From Adineta vaga (Eukaryota > Animalia > Rotifera), in contig CP075496.1 in NCBI GenBank assembly GCA_021613535.1, positions 10,602,001-10,666,000 of the forward strand: a DNA stretch of 64,000 nt, read 5' to 3'. A program made the translations under genes and the position numbers. Below, piece after piece: positions 61,020-64,000 of this stretch (the first letter of the stretch is position 1; the number at the start of each line of letters is the position of its first letter). The notes beneath the pieces were generated by a model that was not told the origin of the DNA, ran no database searches, and saw nothing but the letters and a program-made list of their open reading frames with translations.

Positions 61020-61872
61020 ATGATGAGTAATAACAACATAATATCGAAAGAATACTCGGTCGAATGATAGCTAAAGAGTAGACGTGAAATGAATATAGTA
61101 TTACTTTTTTATTGATCATTCAGTTTTATCTTTGTTTGACTGTCAGACAGGACGGGACAGAACAGAACGAATAAATTTGTTTCATTGGTATGTACATACA
61201 CCAATTACATTCCAATCGATCGAATGAATCGAAATTGTGAGTAGTGAGTTGTGATTGTGAGAAGAATTTTCTATTTTAAAGTAAGATATTGTGTTAGCCA
61301 TAGTAATAAAGACGATATCATCTGAATTCGATTTGAACATCTTATATTTGATCTAGTAGTGGTACAATTCTTCTCATATCACTCGTTACTTTCGTTTTAA
61401 ACTTGATATTTAGAAATACATTACTTGTCTTGGAAGTGTCATACATCACCAGGAATCATTTTCAATCAAGATTCAGTATTTTATATGCTTGAAAATCTGT
61501 TATTATTGTTAATAAAAATCAAGTTAAACAACTATAGAAAGAAAAATATTTTTCTTTGTCTTCTTATGAAATAGAACAATAGATTAACATAAATCAACAA
61601 AGAGAGAACACACTGAGCATCAGAGGGGAACCGTGAAATTTCAGAAGTGCACATTTTCCTCTCTTCTCTCACAGTTCCTTTCATCTTTGTACGACCTTCC
61701 TCATACTCCGCTCGTACTACAAAGAAGTCTCACTTTCCTCTCTTGACTCAAACTCTAGTGCATTCGTTTAAACAAATATAGATCTCTATTAATGCACAAG
61801 AACTTTAATAAAACAAGTATCTCAAGTATATTTGTAATTTTTTTAAATAAAATGTATAATTAAAAAACGAAG

Positions 61873-62984
61873 CTAAGTTTTGTTCGACACTTTTCCTTTG
61901 TTTGATTTTTCTTCATAGTTAACAATTGAGGATTGTAAAGGCATAGCTCCTTCTAATTCAATATGAATAGGAACAGTAATTTTAGTTATTAAACATGCAA
62001 ATATTGCACGAAATAACCATGATAAACCGACACATGTCATTATCCAAAAACTATTTTCTGTTAAAAACCATTGATAATATATTTTCGATTTATTCTCATA
62101 CGTTAGGCAAGTACGTCGTTGACCACACAAAAGATCTTGTTGTTTTGGATCGTTAAATTGAAAATAAATCTGTCGTTGTATACGAGCAAATTTATTCATT
62201 GAACTTACATCAGTATCTTGTTCATTGTTGGAATTTAATAGTTTAGTTTCAAGACGTTGAAATTCTTGTTGAATATCATCATGAACAATTCGAGCATCAC
62301 GACCAATGATCGATAGTTCAAATGCAAAGAATATTTGACATAAATGATTTTCATTGATAATAAAATCAGGAATATTTATATGGTATTGACGAGTATGAAA
62401 TGGTGTTTCGATTAAACGTATATCACGATACAAACATGATTGAATTCGTAACCATGATGATTTATCATAAAGCTAAACAAATGAAAATGAATTTTTGTAC
62501 ATGTAAAATATTTTCCTACTTGATAATCGACATATTTTCGTCGTAAAGTATTATAATAATTCGTTGCTGTTACTGTCAAATAATTCAATAACTGTGGATG
62601 TTTTTGTATGAAACCTAATTCTCTTTTAATCATATCAATTTGAATACGTTTTTTCAACAAAAGTTGCTCGGTACAACCTTTTGATTCAAATAAAATAAAT
62701 ATATAACAAATAATAATAATAATAAACATCATCAAACCATAGATCATCTTTACAGTTGCACTTAATTCTTGTTTTCCAATTTGTAATACAATAATAGTAA
62801 TTAAAAAGACAAGCCAAAGGAATATATTTGATACTAATGATGGTATACGTGCATGACGATTGAATGATGATTGTATTGGTGATTGAAAACTTCTCTCAAG
62901 AAAAGATGTTAATGATATATCGTTTGATGAGGATGATGAAGATAATGCATTGGTATTATGAATAAGAATTGTAAAAGGGAACAT
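61873..62984 (-). CDS. TMEM151-like multi-pass membrane protein (2 exons, intron ~62473-62519)
   Basis: The two overlapping ORFs join through a GT-AG intron (DYQ|LYDKSSW). Two N-terminal TM helices; C-terminal WFLTENSFWIMTCVGLSWLFR resembles the TMEM151 W..FW....LSWP.R motif. Confidence 0.6.
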
Positions 62985-64000
62985 AGAGAAGAAAATTTGT
63001 TTAAGATGAACAGAAGTGAACGTAAAAGAAGGAGAATAAAACAGAAATGCGCGTGAAAAAAAATGGAAAAATAATGGTTTTAAATATTGATTTTCTACTG
63101 GCGCATTTTGAATTTCTTTTCATAAGTAATAAGAAATCTTAGTCTTTCTTAATGAAACTGCACAAGAGATTAAACTGGTAGGAATGTATACGCATAACAT
63201 CACAAAAACATTATATAGAGATTTATCGATAATTTATAATTACTAAAACATTGCTGTAATGTATTTAGCAAATGTAACAAGTTTTAAAAGAACAAAAAGT
63301 AGATATCTGATATGTAAAATAATAAGAACAATATTTACAACAATTGATGGTTGACCTACGTTTCGTATTATTCTTTTCGAACATCTGATGACATGTCCGG
63401 ATGTTCGTAAATATTTGTGTTTGTGTACAGGAGATCATAAACGGAAAAGCAAAAGGAACTAAACAAACGTGTTCCTACAACCTTCCGAACACATTTTTTC
63501 CTGAATAACCTTTTGATTTAAGTGAATTTCTATCGTTCGAAGTTCAGAATGACAAGGTAATACCTATTATTGATATAAAGAATTTGTTCATCTAATTAAA
63601 ATCCAATAAATTTTCTTTGGATTCAAAAAAAGAGAAAGAAAAACAATAATCATTAATTGTTAATTCAATACATGAACCTAACCTATGTTTTATTCATAAG
63701 TCATGTTTCAATACACTTGTTACTTTCATATCAATTCGAAAAGGTTTTTTTTCTTTCAAGCAATCATTCTTACATACTTAATGTGAATTAGTATAAGAAT
63801 GTATTATATTTAAAAACGTTCGTTATCACGCAATAGGATTGATTGAAAGGAATAAGTATTAAGACTCATTTCCGGTTTTTATTACGCCTCGATACATATA
63901 CTTTACATTTCAATGACTATTAAATAGTAATATATTGTATGACGACGATGTGATGTTGTCTTTTCTCGCTGTACTTTTTATTTGCTCGAATGTATAGTAC

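Noticed and set aside
62412-62433. Apparent frameshift between two overlapping ORFs
   Set aside because: Explained by an ordinary short GT-AG intron joining DYQ to LYDKSSW.

Overview
AT-rich, gene-dense eukaryotic DNA with many ~50-60 nt GT-AG introns. Composition, intron size and gene content suggest an invertebrate, most plausibly a bdelloid rotifer (inference). About 20 protein-coding genes can be built by hand-splicing: a single-pass membrane protein, HNF4, a MULE-transposase-derived gene, a UMOD/OIT3-type D8C membrane protein, a ~15.8 kb reelin-like gene with 8 EGF-centred repeats that hosts CSPP1 antisense in one intron, a bacterial-looking SDR, SARNP/Tho1-like, Rpp14/Pop5-like, GDPGP1, MRRF, UNC-93, DHODH (hosting a PTB-like gene antisense in one intron), a mini-Schnurri-like zinc-finger gene, head-to-head HSP10/HSP60, FoxD, calbindin-32, a basic low-complexity protein, a CS/p23-domain protein and a TMEM151-like protein. 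The most notable signals are four. (1) Operon-like co-directional clusters: Rpp14-GDPGP1-MRRF has a 38-nt gap, and HSP10-ZNF-DHODH is similar; downstream genes start just after apparently unpaired splice acceptors, consistent with SL trans-splicing. (2) A reelin with the full vertebrate-like architecture. (3) A probably domesticated transposase. (4) Two antisense nested genes. Exon boundaries were read by eye and all family calls are by motif recognition, not database search.
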